This document shows positions 8,673 to 17,681 of a stretch of DNA of 38,146 nt, in pieces. The stretch's first letter is position 1. Each line of letters begins with the position of its first letter. The notes under the pieces are model-generated. The model was not told the DNA's origin. It did not search any database and saw only the letters and a list, made by a program, of their open reading frames with translations. This DNA is from a virus (taxonomy: Duplodnaviria; Caudoviricetes). The stretch is from positions 1 to 38,146 of IMG/VR virus record IMGVR_UViG_3300011339_000897; one strand, 5' to 3'. The translations under genes and the position numbers were made by a program.

Positions 8673-9481
8673 ACTGCTACAGGCGCTTTGATCGCGGGTT
8701 GCGGGTTGTAATTTTCCAAAGTGATGTCCTCGAATTTAAAATCGAAGATGCTCTGGATCTCGGGGTTGAGCGTGACGGTGGGAGGTGGGAGGATTGTGCG
8801 GTCTTTCTGGACAAAATAAGCGTCCACATGATTGCGGTACAAATGCACGTCGCCCATGGTGTGGATGAATCGGCCCGCACGGTAGCCGGTAACCTGTGCA
8901 ATCATCATCAGCAAAAGCGAATAGCTTGCGATGTTGAACGGCACCCCGAGGAAGATGTCGGCGCTGCGCTGATAAAGCTGGAGATCCATCTCGCCATTTT
9001 GGTGGACGTAGACTTGCCAAAAGCAATGGCAAGGCGGGAGTGCCATCTCCGAGATCTGGCTGGGATTCCACGCGGTAACAATGTGGCGACGACTAAACGG
9101 ATCAGCTTTGATACCAGCTATCAAGTTTATAATTTGATCATGTGCGGCGTAAATATTGATCCCGTAGTTCCAAAAACGCCACTGGACGGGGTACACCGGC
9201 CCGAGATCCCCGTCTTCGTCGCACCATTGGTTCCATATTGTGACGCCGTTATCTTGGAGATATTTAATGTTTGAATCCCCTTTCAGAAACCAAAGCAGCT
9301 CGTGAACCACGCTTTTCCAGTGGATTTTCTTGGTCGTCAGCAAAGGAAACCCGTCCTTGAGATCATAGACGACCTGCTTTCCAAAAAGAGACGACACGCC
9401 CGTGCCAGTGCGATCTGATCGCCATTCGCCTTCGGTGTAGACCTCGTGCATGAGGTCGAGATACTTTTGTTCGTTGTTCAC
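8669..9481 (-). CDS. thyA: Thymidylate synthase ThyA (270 aa)
   Basis: [31 protein letters not shown] (catalytic Cys), [24 protein letters not shown]; C-terminal APVAV. Confidence 0.97.
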   Translation of the reverse strand: MNNEQKYLDLMHEVYTEGEWRSDRTGTGVSSLFGKQVVYDLKDGFPLLTTKKIHWKSVVHELLWFLKGDSNIKYLQDNGVTIWNQWCDEDGDLGPVYPVQWRFWNYGINIYAAHDQIINLIAGIKADPFSRRHIVTAWNPSQISEMALPPCHCFWQVYVHQNGEMDLQLYQRSADIFLGVPFNIASYSLLLMMIAQVTGYRAGRFIHTMGDVHLYRNHVDAYFVQKDRTILPPPTVTLNPEIQSIFDFKFEDITLENYNPQPAIKAPVAV

Positions 9482-9497
9482 TGTGGTTGGGTGTTGG

Positions 9498-9830
9498 TTA
9501 CTCGATGATCTCTTCTACCAGAGAAGCCGGGGGCGCTTCTACCTCTCCACCATGGTCTGCGATAAATTCCTCGACCACGGAAACAGGTACGTAGCCCCAG
9601 ACTTGGCATTTCCCGTCCTGATATTCTCTCCAAATGTCAGGCGGGGAAAACGGCTGGTTTTCCTTGTCATAGATGTAGCCGACTTCGACGAGGCTGTATT
9701 CATTCCATGGCCGCTGAAGGCGTTGCCTTGGGGAACAGTAAGCATACTCGCTCGCTTGGATGCTGAGGGACACACCGTCAGCACAGAATACTCGGGGTCG
9801 GATGTGGGTTGTTTCGTGGTAGTAGTTCAT
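9498..9830 (-). CDS. hypothetical phage protein (110 aa)
   Basis: [20 protein letters not shown]...VEVG...GYVP..HGG resembles a widespread phage family; ATGA-coupled. Confidence 0.75.
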   Translation of the reverse strand: MNYYHETTHIRPRVFCADGVSLSIQASEYAYCSPRQRLQRPWNEYSLVEVGYIYDKENQPFSPPDIWREYQDGKCQVWGYVPVSVVEEFIADHGGEVEAPPASLVEEIIE

Positions 9831-10099
9831 TGTGGTTGTGTGTTTAATTCCGCCCGCAGCCGCACAACTTCATCAGCCAAAATCCGGGCGGCAGCGGCAA
9901 GAGTTGGGTTCCCGCGCTCTTTGTCTTCATTCGTTAATTCGGCAGTTAATCGGTGCAACGCCCGACAAAACTTGTTTAAATCATCTGGGACAGGCCGCGC
10001 AAAGACGATGGCTGCTTCAACGGGGTCGGGGATCGGGGTGTTCATAATCGTTGTTCGTTCTTTATATTCATTTCGCGCCTGATCTGTATTTAAGCCCAA
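9827..10099 (-). CDS. hypothetical protein
   Basis: Coupled ORF in the operon; start uncertain (10099 or 10045). Confidence 0.55.
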   Translation of the reverse strand: MGLNTDQARNEYKERTTIMNTPIPDPVEAAIVFARPVPDDLNKFCRALHRLTAELTNEDKERGNPTLAAAARILADEVVRLRAELNTQPQ

Positions 10100-10296
10100 C
10101 GTAAATCCTCAAGTTTGACATCCGGCATCTTGTCGAGGCAGGCGTCACAATAAACGCCGAGGTTTTCACCCATTAAGGTCTTGGCCATGTACTCCTCAGC
10201 CGTGCAAGGTTCGCCTGCAAAAATCATCTCGGCTGGCCAATTGCATTCCAAAAACTGCTGGCATCGTGTGCAAAGGGTTTTTAATTGGACGGTCAT
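10090..10296 (-). CDS. small CxxC...CxxC protein (68 aa)
   Basis: CTRC and CDAC; ATGA-coupled. Confidence 0.65.
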   Translation of the reverse strand: MTVQLKTLCTRCQQFLECNWPAEMIFAGEPCTAEEYMAKTLMGENLGVYCDACLDKMPDVKLEDLRWA

Positions 10297-10583
10297 TGTG
10301 GTCGTTTGAGAGCTAAATGTGTGATGTGGGATTGTAGATAATTCCTAATGCGTCGAATTTCGATGTTTCTCTGCATTCTCACATTGCGCGCTTCCTCCCA
10401 CGCAGTAGACCATGGATCTGGTCCTTGTGGACAGTAGTCGCGAGCGTTAAAATCAATTGCATCGTATGCTTGTATAAATTCCTCCAAGGCTTCATGCGCT
10501 TTTTTGTAGCCATCATGTAGTTTTTTTATCGGAGTGCTATTTGCGTGAACTATCGGCAAAGGAAAGTCGTGAGGTGTGGTCAT
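10293..10583 (-). CDS. hypothetical protein, paralog B of FNxRDY pair (96 aa)
   Basis: LPIVH...FNARDYCPQGPDPW; ATGA overlap. Confidence 0.75.
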   Translation of the reverse strand: MTTPHDFPLPIVHANSTPIKKLHDGYKKAHEALEEFIQAYDAIDFNARDYCPQGPDPWSTAWEEARNVRMQRNIEIRRIRNYLQSHITHLALKRPQ

Positions 10584-10834
10584 GGTTGTTTGTGTAAATG
10601 TGTTCGAATCTCGGTGAGGTAGTCGCACAACTTATCGAGAGCCTCCGTGTGTTCGTATCGCTCATTTACTGCCGTATCCCAAGCGCCCGGCCCTTGTCGG
10701 TAGTAGTCGCGTCCGTTGAACTCGATGGTCTCCCATGCGTCTACAAACTCTTTAAACGCGCACGCAGCTCTGTCGTAATCGCGGATCAATAAGGCTAAAG
10801 ATGTGCCGCTTGAATGAATGGTGGGTAGGATCAT
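10580..10834 (-). CDS. hypothetical protein, paralog A of FNxRDY pair (84 aa)
   Basis: LPTIH...FNGRDYYRQGPGAW; ATGA overlap. Confidence 0.75.
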   Translation of the reverse strand: MILPTIHSSGTSLALLIRDYDRAACAFKEFVDAWETIEFNGRDYYRQGPGAWDTAVNERYEHTEALDKLCDYLTEIRTHLHKQP

Positions 10835-11031
10835 AATTTTCCAAAGAGTTTGATGTCGATAAGTTTGTCCTCGGCTGCCGCACACCGCCCCTTCCAGTAG
10901 TCTCTCTCCGCTTGGTGCCGCGTAATCGCTTCCCGGCTGATCTCGTAGGCGCTGCGCTCGTAGGCCCGCAGCCAGTTTATGGTCTCTCGCTGCTGGAGGA
11001 TGATGTCGATAAGTGCTTGTTTGGTGGTCAT
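10831..11031 (-). CDS. hypothetical coiled-coil protein (66 aa)
   Basis: ATGA overlaps at both ends. Confidence 0.65.
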   Translation of the reverse strand: MTTKQALIDIILQQRETINWLRAYERSAYEISREAITRHQAERDYWKGRCAAAEDKLIDIKLFGKL

Positions 11032-11276
11032 AAAGCACTATCCCGCGCATCGTTCTCCATCTTGACTGCGACCTTGGCCACCGCGATCCAGCAGCCGACT
11101 GAGACCTTGTTAAGTGGGTCGCAGACGAAGTCTGGCCAGCTTGTAATGCTCATCTCTGGGTGATGCTCTTTGGCTGCGTTAAGGTACGCCGCATAAAGCG
11201 CGCCGGCGTAATTCATAAGTGCGTTTGAGTGTGTTTGTTCCATTGGGTTGTGTTGGTTAAATATCGCGTGGCTCAC
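11028..11276 (-). CDS. hypothetical protein
   Basis: In-operon ORF; start uncertain. Confidence 0.6.
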   Translation of the reverse strand: MSHAIFNQHNPMEQTHSNALMNYAGALYAAYLNAAKEHHPEMSITSWPDFVCDPLNKVSVGCWIAVAKVAVKMENDARDSAL

Positions 11277-11517
11277 GAATAATTTTCCAAGCAGTTTTGA
11301 CTTCGTGAGTAGTTGGAATCACAGGACGCCCCTGCGTAAACTTTCGATCAATTTCACAAAGAACACGCAGTAGCGCGTGCTCTAAACGAACAATTCGTTC
11401 GTTTAGACCATCTGATATATAGTCCCTATAACGAAGATGATTCACATGCTCCATAAATTCTATTATGTCTGTAATTTCATGTTGTTTAAGGCAATCGAGT
11501 TTTTCTTGGTCAGTCAT
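11257..11517 (-). CDS. hypothetical protein (86 aa)
   Basis: ATG 11517 (MTDQEKLD), AT-rich ORF. Confidence 0.6.
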   Translation of the reverse strand: MTDQEKLDCLKQHEITDIIEFMEHVNHLRYRDYISDGLNERIVRLEHALLRVLCEIDRKFTQGRPVIPTTHEVKTAWKIIREPRDI

Positions 11518-11646
11518 AATGATATGTGATTCTGTAGTTAAAAAAATGTCCGGGGCGGCGGATTGCCACGTCTGCCCGGTCAAACGCAATATAGGGGAGA
11601 ATTACCGACAAACCCTTGGCATCGCTCTCACCGCTTACGAATTGAT

Positions 11647-12000
11647 TCATATTTTCTTCGCTTTACGTGCTGTGTAATCTGACTCGCATGTCTCCTCGAT
11701 CTTGAGGATCGTGTCGCAGTGCGGGTGCATGGACATTTTAGTTCTCAAAGAGTTCTGGCTTGAACTTGTCGCAAACAACTCAATGAGCCTGCCCTGCATG
11801 TTCAGACAAGTCACTATCCAATAGCGTCGGTTTTCTTTGTTTTTATTGACTGGCGCTTCGATCTCTTCAACCTTGATCAGTTCAACAAAATCTGTTTTTT
11901 GCTTGGCGGCACCAGCCGCAGCCTTTGCGCTTGAAGTGTGATAAACCGCTCTAATCGTCTGATTAGTGGTTGTGGTCATTGTGACTGCGTAGTGCTTCAT
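11647..12000 (-). CDS. hypothetical protein with internal duplication (117 aa)
   Basis: Two ~45-aa units ending LIKVEE and ILKIEE. Confidence 0.7.
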   Translation of the reverse strand: MKHYAVTMTTTTNQTIRAVYHTSSAKAAAGAAKQKTDFVELIKVEEIEAPVNKNKENRRYWIVTCLNMQGRLIELFATSSSQNSLRTKMSMHPHCDTILKIEETCESDYTARKAKKI

Positions 12001-12001
12001 A

Positions 12002-12175
12002 TTAGTTTTCTAGTTTGCGGATAAGAAGGATTGATTCGTGATCCATTGGCATAAGCGCCTTCTTGCGAGCGTCGCCGTCGGATGTGGCTTGGTATTCCTT
12101 GGTCAAGATCTTGCCGGCAGGGGTGAGCACCACCACTTTGTAGCGGTGGTGGCGGCGAATGGTTTTTAGATCCAT
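12002..12175 (-). CDS. hypothetical protein (57 aa), single copy of the same small unit
   Basis: YKVVVLTPAGKILTKEYQATSDGDARKKA..ILLIRK. Confidence 0.65.
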   Translation of the reverse strand: MDLKTIRRHHRYKVVVLTPAGKILTKEYQATSDGDARKKALMPMDHESILLIRKLEN

Positions 12176-12342
12176 GCGAAAAAAAGTGCTGTGTAGACTA
12201 TCACGGCAAGGACTGAGACGACAAGAATGCAAAGGCAGCCACCGAGGCCGTCACCTTTCTGGTACTCTTCTTCCTGCAATTGCTGCCGGCGTGCGGCTGC
12301 GTCATAAACGTGCTTCCAATCGTATTTAGGTTGTGGTTTCAT
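12166..12342 (-). CDS. small membrane protein (58 aa, not in ORF track)
   Basis: MKPQPKYDWKHVYDAAARRQQLQEEEYQKGDGLGGCLCILVVSVLAVIVYTALFFAWI; ATGA overlap with the RHH gene. Confidence 0.7.
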   Translation of the reverse strand: MKPQPKYDWKHVYDAAARRQQLQEEEYQKGDGLGGCLCILVVSVLAVIVYTALFFAWI

Positions 12343-12473
12343 GGCTGTTTAACGATGCGGGTTAGGACGATGCGCAGGAACACGCTGACCGGCATCCCGG
12401 CTGCCTTAGCGGCTGCCTTGAGCTTGTCGCGCAGTTCGGCGGTTATGCGGATGTTGATCGCTTTGTTGTTCAT
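12339..12473 (-). CDS. Ribbon-helix-helix (Arc/CopG-like) regulator (44 aa)
   Basis: AINIRITAELRDKLKAAAKAAGMPVSVFLR; first gene after the early promoter. Confidence 0.8.
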   Translation of the reverse strand: MNNKAINIRITAELRDKLKAAAKAAGMPVSVFLRIVLTRIVKQP

Positions 12474-12487
12474 TGTGCGTGGTTGCA

Positions 12488-12515
12488 ATTGTAAACGGTT
12501 TGATAGCACCGTCAA
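12488..12515 (-). promoter_or_regulatory. sigma70-type promoter of the early/replication operon
   Basis: TTGACG-N16-TACAAT with T-rich upstream element. Confidence 0.75.
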
Positions 12516-12537
12516 GAACAAAAAGCAAAATCACACG

Positions 12538-12576
12538 AAAAAACCCGCATCCCCTTTTTTACAGGAATGCGGGTTT
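12538..12576 (-). terminator. Rho-independent terminator ending the late region
   Basis: AAACCCGCAT...ATGCGGGTTT stem plus T run on the minus strand. Confidence 0.8.
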
Positions 12577-12622
12577 CTTCACACGGCGCGGCTCCGGTTG
12601 CGGCCCGGATGTAAGATCAAGC

Positions 12623-12820
12623 CTAGCCGACCACCTCAGCATCAACTAGCGGCGCGGCTTCTTCCTTGCGGAATGGTGCGCAGGCATCAAACAGCTTCTG
12701 GTGGATGCCGGACGCGACGCCAGCGACTTTGATGCCGCCAGCTTTGACGGCGATGTCGATCAAGCCGCTAAGGTCAACGGCTTCTGTTTCAGTAAGGACG
12801 AGTGAGATAGTTGGTTTCAT
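12623..12820 (-). CDS. hypothetical protein (65 aa)
   Basis: LTETEA..LSGLIDIAVKAGG; small gene after the fibre genes. Confidence 0.7.
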   Translation of the reverse strand: MKPTISLVLTETEAVDLSGLIDIAVKAGGIKVAGVASGIHQKLFDACAPFRKEEAAPLVDAEVVG

Positions 12821-12829
12821 TGCACTCGC

Positions 12830-12857
12830 ATTGTAGGAGGATGGGGAGGAGAGTCAA
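12830..12857 (-). promoter_or_regulatory. sigma70-type promoter for the 65-aa gene
   Basis: TTGACT-N16-TACAAT, 9 nt before ATG 12820. Confidence 0.6.
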
Positions 12858-12861
12858 GCCG

Positions 12862-13188
12862 CTACTCAGCAGGAGGTTCTGGCGCTGGCGCATTCTGCGC
12901 TTCGATCCACGTCCGCAGCGGGGCGACGCAATCAATCACCGCTTGAAAGGCCACGGCCACCTCTGGCACGGCTGCGACGGCTTCCCACAGTTTGTCGGTG
13001 TAGACTGGCTGATTGAGCGTGCCCGGTCCGATCTCCTGCGTGGTCGGATCGTACGGCAGTAGCTCAATACGCACGTTGCCGGTGGTCAGCGTGGGGGCGT
13101 GGACGACGAGGTTATAGACCCACTGCTCCGTGTATGTTTTTTCCGGGACAGCAGGGACGACGATTGGGGTTTCTGGTTGGATGGCCAT
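12862..13188 (-). CDS. hypothetical protein, possible fibre assembly factor (108 aa)
   Basis: Directly downstream of the fibre gene. Confidence 0.65.
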   Translation of the reverse strand: MAIQPETPIVVPAVPEKTYTEQWVYNLVVHAPTLTTGNVRIELLPYDPTTQEIGPGTLNQPVYTDKLWEAVAAVPEVAVAFQAVIDCVAPLRTWIEAQNAPAPEPPAE

Positions 13189-13200
13189 GAGTTTGTTTGG

Positions 13201-14241
13201 TTAGACTGCGGCGACCGAAAGAGTGCCGCCATTAGCAACGGTGACACGGTAGCGAGTGCCGTCTGGCGATTTCAGAATAACGCCTTTTGCGATGGTATCC
13301 ACCTCGACATCACCCGCAGACACTTGCAACTTCGACGTGGGCGAGGTCGTCCCGATGCCGACGTTGCCTCCTCCTAGAACGGTCATTAGCGGACTATCGC
13401 CGTTTGCAAACTGTGAACTGATTTCAGTCGCCGCTAAAGCAACCCTGCCTGTCGATCCGTTGGTTTTATACGAATCGAAATAAATCGCCGCTATCGTAGG
13501 AGAAGCAGAGCCGAGATTTCCTTGAAAGGTAACCGCTGGAACGGCGTTTGTGTTGCTTGTAAATCCATACGCCGCTAACCCACCGTTAGCGATACTGCTT
13601 TGACCGATTCTCCCGCACGTATTGGTGCCAACATTAGGAGCAAAGCCAACGCCTGTAAAATTTCTTACGGTTGGTCCAGAAAATTCAACTAGTGTATTCG
13701 TTGAGGTATCTTCTAAATGCAACTTTGTCCGAGGAGCCGTCGTCCCGATGCCGACGTTTCCTGCGGTGGTGATGGTCATGCGAGCGGCCCCATCAGTATG
13801 CAGATCAAGCCCACGCGCAGTTCCGCCACCGCTCCCTTTGTTCGTGCCGATAATCGCATTAGCTGCCGTTGGCGCGCTTAACGATAGTCGCTCGTAACTG
13901 GTGGAGTTTGACCAAGTGCCGTAGATGTTGATCTGTCCTGTCTTTTGAATATCTAACCTAAGGGGCTGCGTTGCAGTACCAGAATAAAGTTCCAAAAAGT
14001 CGCTACCCGCCGCACTGTTTGTGTCGGTGGCCACGATCTTCATTACAGCAAAAGCAACCGCTGCGTCAGTCCAAGTTTGGCTAATCGTAAGCGGTGTGCT
14101 CGTCGCAATACTTCCCGCAGACAGCCACGAATTCCGCGACACGCGCTTACTGATCGACGCCGCCGTGTCCCAGATGAACGTGTGATCGGCATCAGCGACA
14201 AAAAGCTTCTCGCCGAATTGGGAAAGGTTTTGATTGGCCAT
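13201..14241 (-). CDS. Tail fibre-like protein (346 aa)
   Basis: Two GNVGIGTTxP repeats, G/T/S/A-rich, C-terminal GVILKSPDGTRYRVTVANGG. Confidence 0.75.
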   Translation of the reverse strand: MANQNLSQFGEKLFVADADHTFIWDTAASISKRVSRNSWLSAGSIATSTPLTISQTWTDAAVAFAVMKIVATDTNSAAGSDFLELYSGTATQPLRLDIQKTGQINIYGTWSNSTSYERLSLSAPTAANAIIGTNKGSGGGTARGLDLHTDGAARMTITTAGNVGIGTTAPRTKLHLEDTSTNTLVEFSGPTVRNFTGVGFAPNVGTNTCGRIGQSSIANGGLAAYGFTSNTNAVPAVTFQGNLGSASPTIAAIYFDSYKTNGSTGRVALAATEISSQFANGDSPLMTVLGGGNVGIGTTSPTSKLQVSAGDVEVDTIAKGVILKSPDGTRYRVTVANGGTLSVAAV

Positions 14242-14246
14242 AAAAT

Positions 14247-14456
14247 TTAAACGTAATCTACTTTGTCGCCTCCGCTGCCGACTAGAACGTGATCCCCCGG
14301 ATCAAGCCCGATGATAACGTGATAAGTTGCTGCCGGTGGTGGAGCACCACTTGTCGCCGCACCAATCAGCATCAACAATTCATCCGTGGGCGAGTAGGCC
14401 ACCGGGATCTGCACCGGAATGGCCGGGGCGATGTATGATGTGATGCGGGAGGTCAT
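14247..14456 (-). CDS. small virion-associated hypothetical protein (69 aa)
   Basis: Closely packed ATG ORF in the structural region. Confidence 0.6.
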   Translation of the reverse strand: MTSRITSYIAPAIPVQIPVAYSPTDELLMLIGAATSGAPPPAATYHVIIGLDPGDHVLVGSGGDKVDYV

Positions 14457-14459
14457 GGA

Positions 14460-14702
14460 TTAAGCACCTACCACAGTGCCAACGCTCGCTGCCGTGTTTA
14501 GCTCTTTTGCCTTGATCGTAATGGGCGTGTTGGTGGGGATGATGTTAACCGCATCCTTGACTCCCAGCTCCGCCACGATAGCACCATTGGTGGCCAGCAC
14601 GTAAACCGGCTGGCTCGCCTCAACACCGTAGATCGTGTTGGGCGTGACCGTCAATGATGCGCTGGTTGCACCGGGTGCTAGATTGAAGTTTTGAGTGGTC
14701 AT
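14460..14702 (-). CDS. small beta-rich virion protein (80 aa)
   Basis: T/A/V/N-rich ORF preceded by the TAAGATTGACA motif. Confidence 0.7.
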   Translation of the reverse strand: MTTQNFNLAPGATSASLTVTPNTIYGVEASQPVYVLATNGAIVAELGVKDAVNIIPTNTPITIKAKELNTAASVGTVVGA

Positions 14703-14732
14703 GGCTTAATTGCGTGACGAATGTCAATCTTA
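14703..14732 (-). promoter_or_regulatory. Late-gene motif variant TAAGATTGACA-N19-ATG
   Basis: TTGACA at 14727-14722; same 11-mer as three other sites. Confidence 0.55.
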
Positions 14733-17681
14733 GGATGAGGCGATAATGCCAGCCGCCCGCAGTCGGGCGAGGAGTGCGTTTAGCTGCGTCTGCGTGGTGC
14801 CAGCATCAGTCGCATCAGCCACCGCTGCCGGTTGTGCCACTGGCGTCGCATTCCAGAATCCAAGCTTCTGCGTCGCCGCCGTCCCGATCTTGGTGCCGGT
14901 GTGGTAATCGAGCACCACGTCGGAGCGAAGGTTGAGCTTCGAGAGCTTATCGACGAACAGCGCGCTGGTGTCGAATTGGATGGTCCATGATGAGTATGAC
15001 CCGGCAGTTCCTTCTGCATACGTCACCAACATACTAAATGCGCTAGTGCCTGCATTGTACGTTGTGACTCGGCCTTCGACAAAGTTCGCACCAGACGTGC
15101 ACCTAACGAACGTCCCAACCGGAACCGCTGCCGATGCAAAAGCCGTACCGGAGACGACGAATGACTTACTGCCTAGCACCAGCGTGTTGGGCGACGTAGA
15201 GGAATACGTTTGGAGATAAAGGTAAGTTGCGTTTCCAGTGGCGACATCAAACAACCGCGAAGCCGCGCCGGATTGATTGGTGTCGATGTGAAAGCGGTAG
15301 CCCGTAAAGTTCTGGGCGTTGTTGCTCCACTTCTGCGAGTAGTCGAGCACTGGGATTGGCCAGTTTACCACATCAGTATACCCTTCGCCGACCCAGTTGT
15401 TTTTTAGCACTACCGCTGGTCCAAATGCTGACTCTGGTCGCGAGTATTGATCTGAAAAAATGGCAGCACCATTCGTCAACGTCTTCAGCTCGTTGTTTGG
15501 CGTTGGAATAACGCTGTTATCCTTAAAAATGATTCGGCAATTGTTGTATGGGAGGCTGGCATTGTAGCCGGGCGAAGAGCTTGTAAAAATCGCATAGAGC
15601 GAGCACGGCCACGCTTGCGGGTTGGTGCTTACAATGTTCTCAGGATAGGCTGTGTCTTCGCCCAGCACCGTGATGTTGTAATTGACCGCATCACGCACCA
15701 TCGAAACTGTTCCAGCCTTAAACGTATTACCACGAATAAACACGCGGTTTGAGTTGTTGACGAATAAGTACCGCTGGCCAGCACGCGCCAGCGTATTCCC
15801 TTCAAAGGTGATGTCTTCGCAAAACTGAATCTGGCAGCCAAGCTTGGTTGAATCGCTCGAATCCAAAACGATGTCCACTGTGTTGCCAATCGCCTTGCAC
15901 CCGTAGATCTGATCAATCGAAAGACCGACGATCATCTGAGACGCCATCGCAATCCACGATGTGTTCTGATCAAAAGCGGCTCCTGTTGATCCAATGCTTA
16001 TGACCGCTGTCGTTGCACCTTGCGTGTATGAAACCACGGTGGCGCTCATATATTGATTCGCCGATGCAGTGGAAGGGTTTCGCAATAAAAGAGTCGTCCC
16101 CTCAAGTGCGGCCACAGGCAGATTGTTCTGCATGAAGTTGTTGCCGGACCATTCCAGATTCAATGATGGCACCGAAATCGTATGCAAGCCGTAAGGGCAC
16201 AGTGTGAACGTATAATTCGTGCCAGTAGCGCCAGCACTCAAACTGGTGATATCAATAACGATGGTTGTGCCATCGTTTGATTGAATCGTGCCAATCATGT
16301 ACTGCTCGTCAGAACGGCGAAGCAATGCCTGTTTGGTCGCGGCAAACTCTGAATACGATCTTGGTGTTGTAAGCGTAAACGTTTTTAAGCCAAGCGTAAA
16401 CGGAACCTGATTGCTTAATGGCACCCGGTTGCTAAACGACTGTGACGGCAGCGTGCAGTTCGTTGGGTCTAGAGCGATTGGAGAATAGCCATAAGGCCAT
16501 GGTTCAACCGGAGTGGTAGTCTTTTTGCGCCTTGGAGTCGCCCGCACGTTTTTGACCGTGTTGCCGATAACCAATGCATTCACGATGCGATCCGGCTTTT
16601 GATCCTGAGTGTTGCGGTCGTCCCCGACAATTTCAAGGCCGACAAAAACAGAATCCGTGATCGTGTTGTTTGCGACGACCGAGTTTCGAGCACCAGCAAA
16701 GGAAATACCCATTGAGCCTGTGTTTGAGATCGTGTTGTTTGCTACGACAACGCTCGCGCTGTTCTTGCCGCGTGAGACCTGTGCGTTGTTCGCAACAGTG
16801 TTTTTGAATGGCCAGAACACCTCAATCCCCATACGCTGGTGATCTTCGCAGTTATTGCCAATAATGCGGCAATTGCCAATACCCTCACCAACCCAAATGC
16901 AGTTTTCGACAGAGAACTTGCTGCCGTCATAAACCGCACCATCGCCAACAATGGAGTTGTCTGAAATTAGAACCCCGTCCACTGACCACTCAAGGTAGAC
17001 GCCAGCACCTGACGTTCTGATCTTGTTGCCGATAATGCGCAGGTTGCGCTGAATCGGAGACCCCGATCCACCGCTATGCCACATCGCTCTAAATGTGTTA
17101 AAGATGTGGACGTTCCTAATCGTGGTGTCGGCGATACCGGGAGCGACTCCGCCGACAGGGACGCCTCCGCCGAAATGGATGCCGATGGCATTCCTTTGGC
17201 TCGACACCCCATTAAACGTGATATTGACTACCGTCCCTTCAATAGTTATGTTTTCAATGGTCACGTTGGACGCATTGATATTGACCACACTGTAAATCTG
17301 ATTCGTAAACGTGACGCCTGTTTGCAGCTTTAGGACTGACTTCCCGTTGGAGTGCCCGGTGATGACGACATTTGGAACGGTAATGTTCAGTCCACCAGCA
17401 CCACCAAATGGCGAGACTGTATTTGGCGGGATGATGATCGTGCCATCAATGAAGATCGTGCCTCCACCAGCAACGCCAGCAGCCGCAATGGCAGCCTGCA
17501 ACTGCGCCCATGTCTTGACGTATTGAATGCCGAATGGCGAGATTGCCGAGACTACACCGGCATCATTAAACCCAATCGACTTATTCGGATTCGCACTCCC
17601 CAGAAGATCCACCCAATCGTTATCGCCGGTGGCGTCACGTTGGATAATAGCGACATTCGTGGGTGTTGTTACGGTGCTCAT
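14730..17681 (-). CDS. Spike/fibre with right-handed beta-helix (pectin lyase-like), putative depolymerase (983 aa)
   Basis: AAIAAAGVAGGGTIFIDG cap; repeated I/V-x-x-N-x-I rungs; inserted beta modules; C-terminal LGFWNATPVAQPAAVADA..LNALLARLRAAGII. Confidence 0.8.
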   Translation of the reverse strand: MSTVTTPTNVAIIQRDATGDNDWVDLLGSANPNKSIGFNDAGVVSAISPFGIQYVKTWAQLQAAIAAAGVAGGGTIFIDGTIIIPPNTVSPFGGAGGLNITVPNVVITGHSNGKSVLKLQTGVTFTNQIYSVVNINASNVTIENITIEGTVVNITFNGVSSQRNAIGIHFGGGVPVGGVAPGIADTTIRNVHIFNTFRAMWHSGGSGSPIQRNLRIIGNKIRTSGAGVYLEWSVDGVLISDNSIVGDGAVYDGSKFSVENCIWVGEGIGNCRIIGNNCEDHQRMGIEVFWPFKNTVANNAQVSRGKNSASVVVANNTISNTGSMGISFAGARNSVVANNTITDSVFVGLEIVGDDRNTQDQKPDRIVNALVIGNTVKNVRATPRRKKTTTPVEPWPYGYSPIALDPTNCTLPSQSFSNRVPLSNQVPFTLGLKTFTLTTPRSYSEFAATKQALLRRSDEQYMIGTIQSNDGTTIVIDITSLSAGATGTNYTFTLCPYGLHTISVPSLNLEWSGNNFMQNNLPVAALEGTTLLLRNPSTASANQYMSATVVSYTQGATTAVISIGSTGAAFDQNTSWIAMASQMIVGLSIDQIYGCKAIGNTVDIVLDSSDSTKLGCQIQFCEDITFEGNTLARAGQRYLFVNNSNRVFIRGNTFKAGTVSMVRDAVNYNITVLGEDTAYPENIVSTNPQAWPCSLYAIFTSSSPGYNASLPYNNCRIIFKDNSVIPTPNNELKTLTNGAAIFSDQYSRPESAFGPAVVLKNNWVGEGYTDVVNWPIPVLDYSQKWSNNAQNFTGYRFHIDTNQSGAASRLFDVATGNATYLYLQTYSSTSPNTLVLGSKSFVVSGTAFASAAVPVGTFVRCTSGANFVEGRVTTYNAGTSAFSMLVTYAEGTAGSYSSWTIQFDTSALFVDKLSKLNLRSDVVLDYHTGTKIGTAATQKLGFWNATPVAQPAAVADATDAGTTQTQLNALLARLRAAGIIASS

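Noticed and set aside
8669-9481. ThyA as a base-modifying (dCMP/dUMP hydroxymethylase) enzyme
   Set aside because: All canonical ThyA motifs are intact, including PFN (the dUMP-specifying Asn), and no modification genes are nearby.
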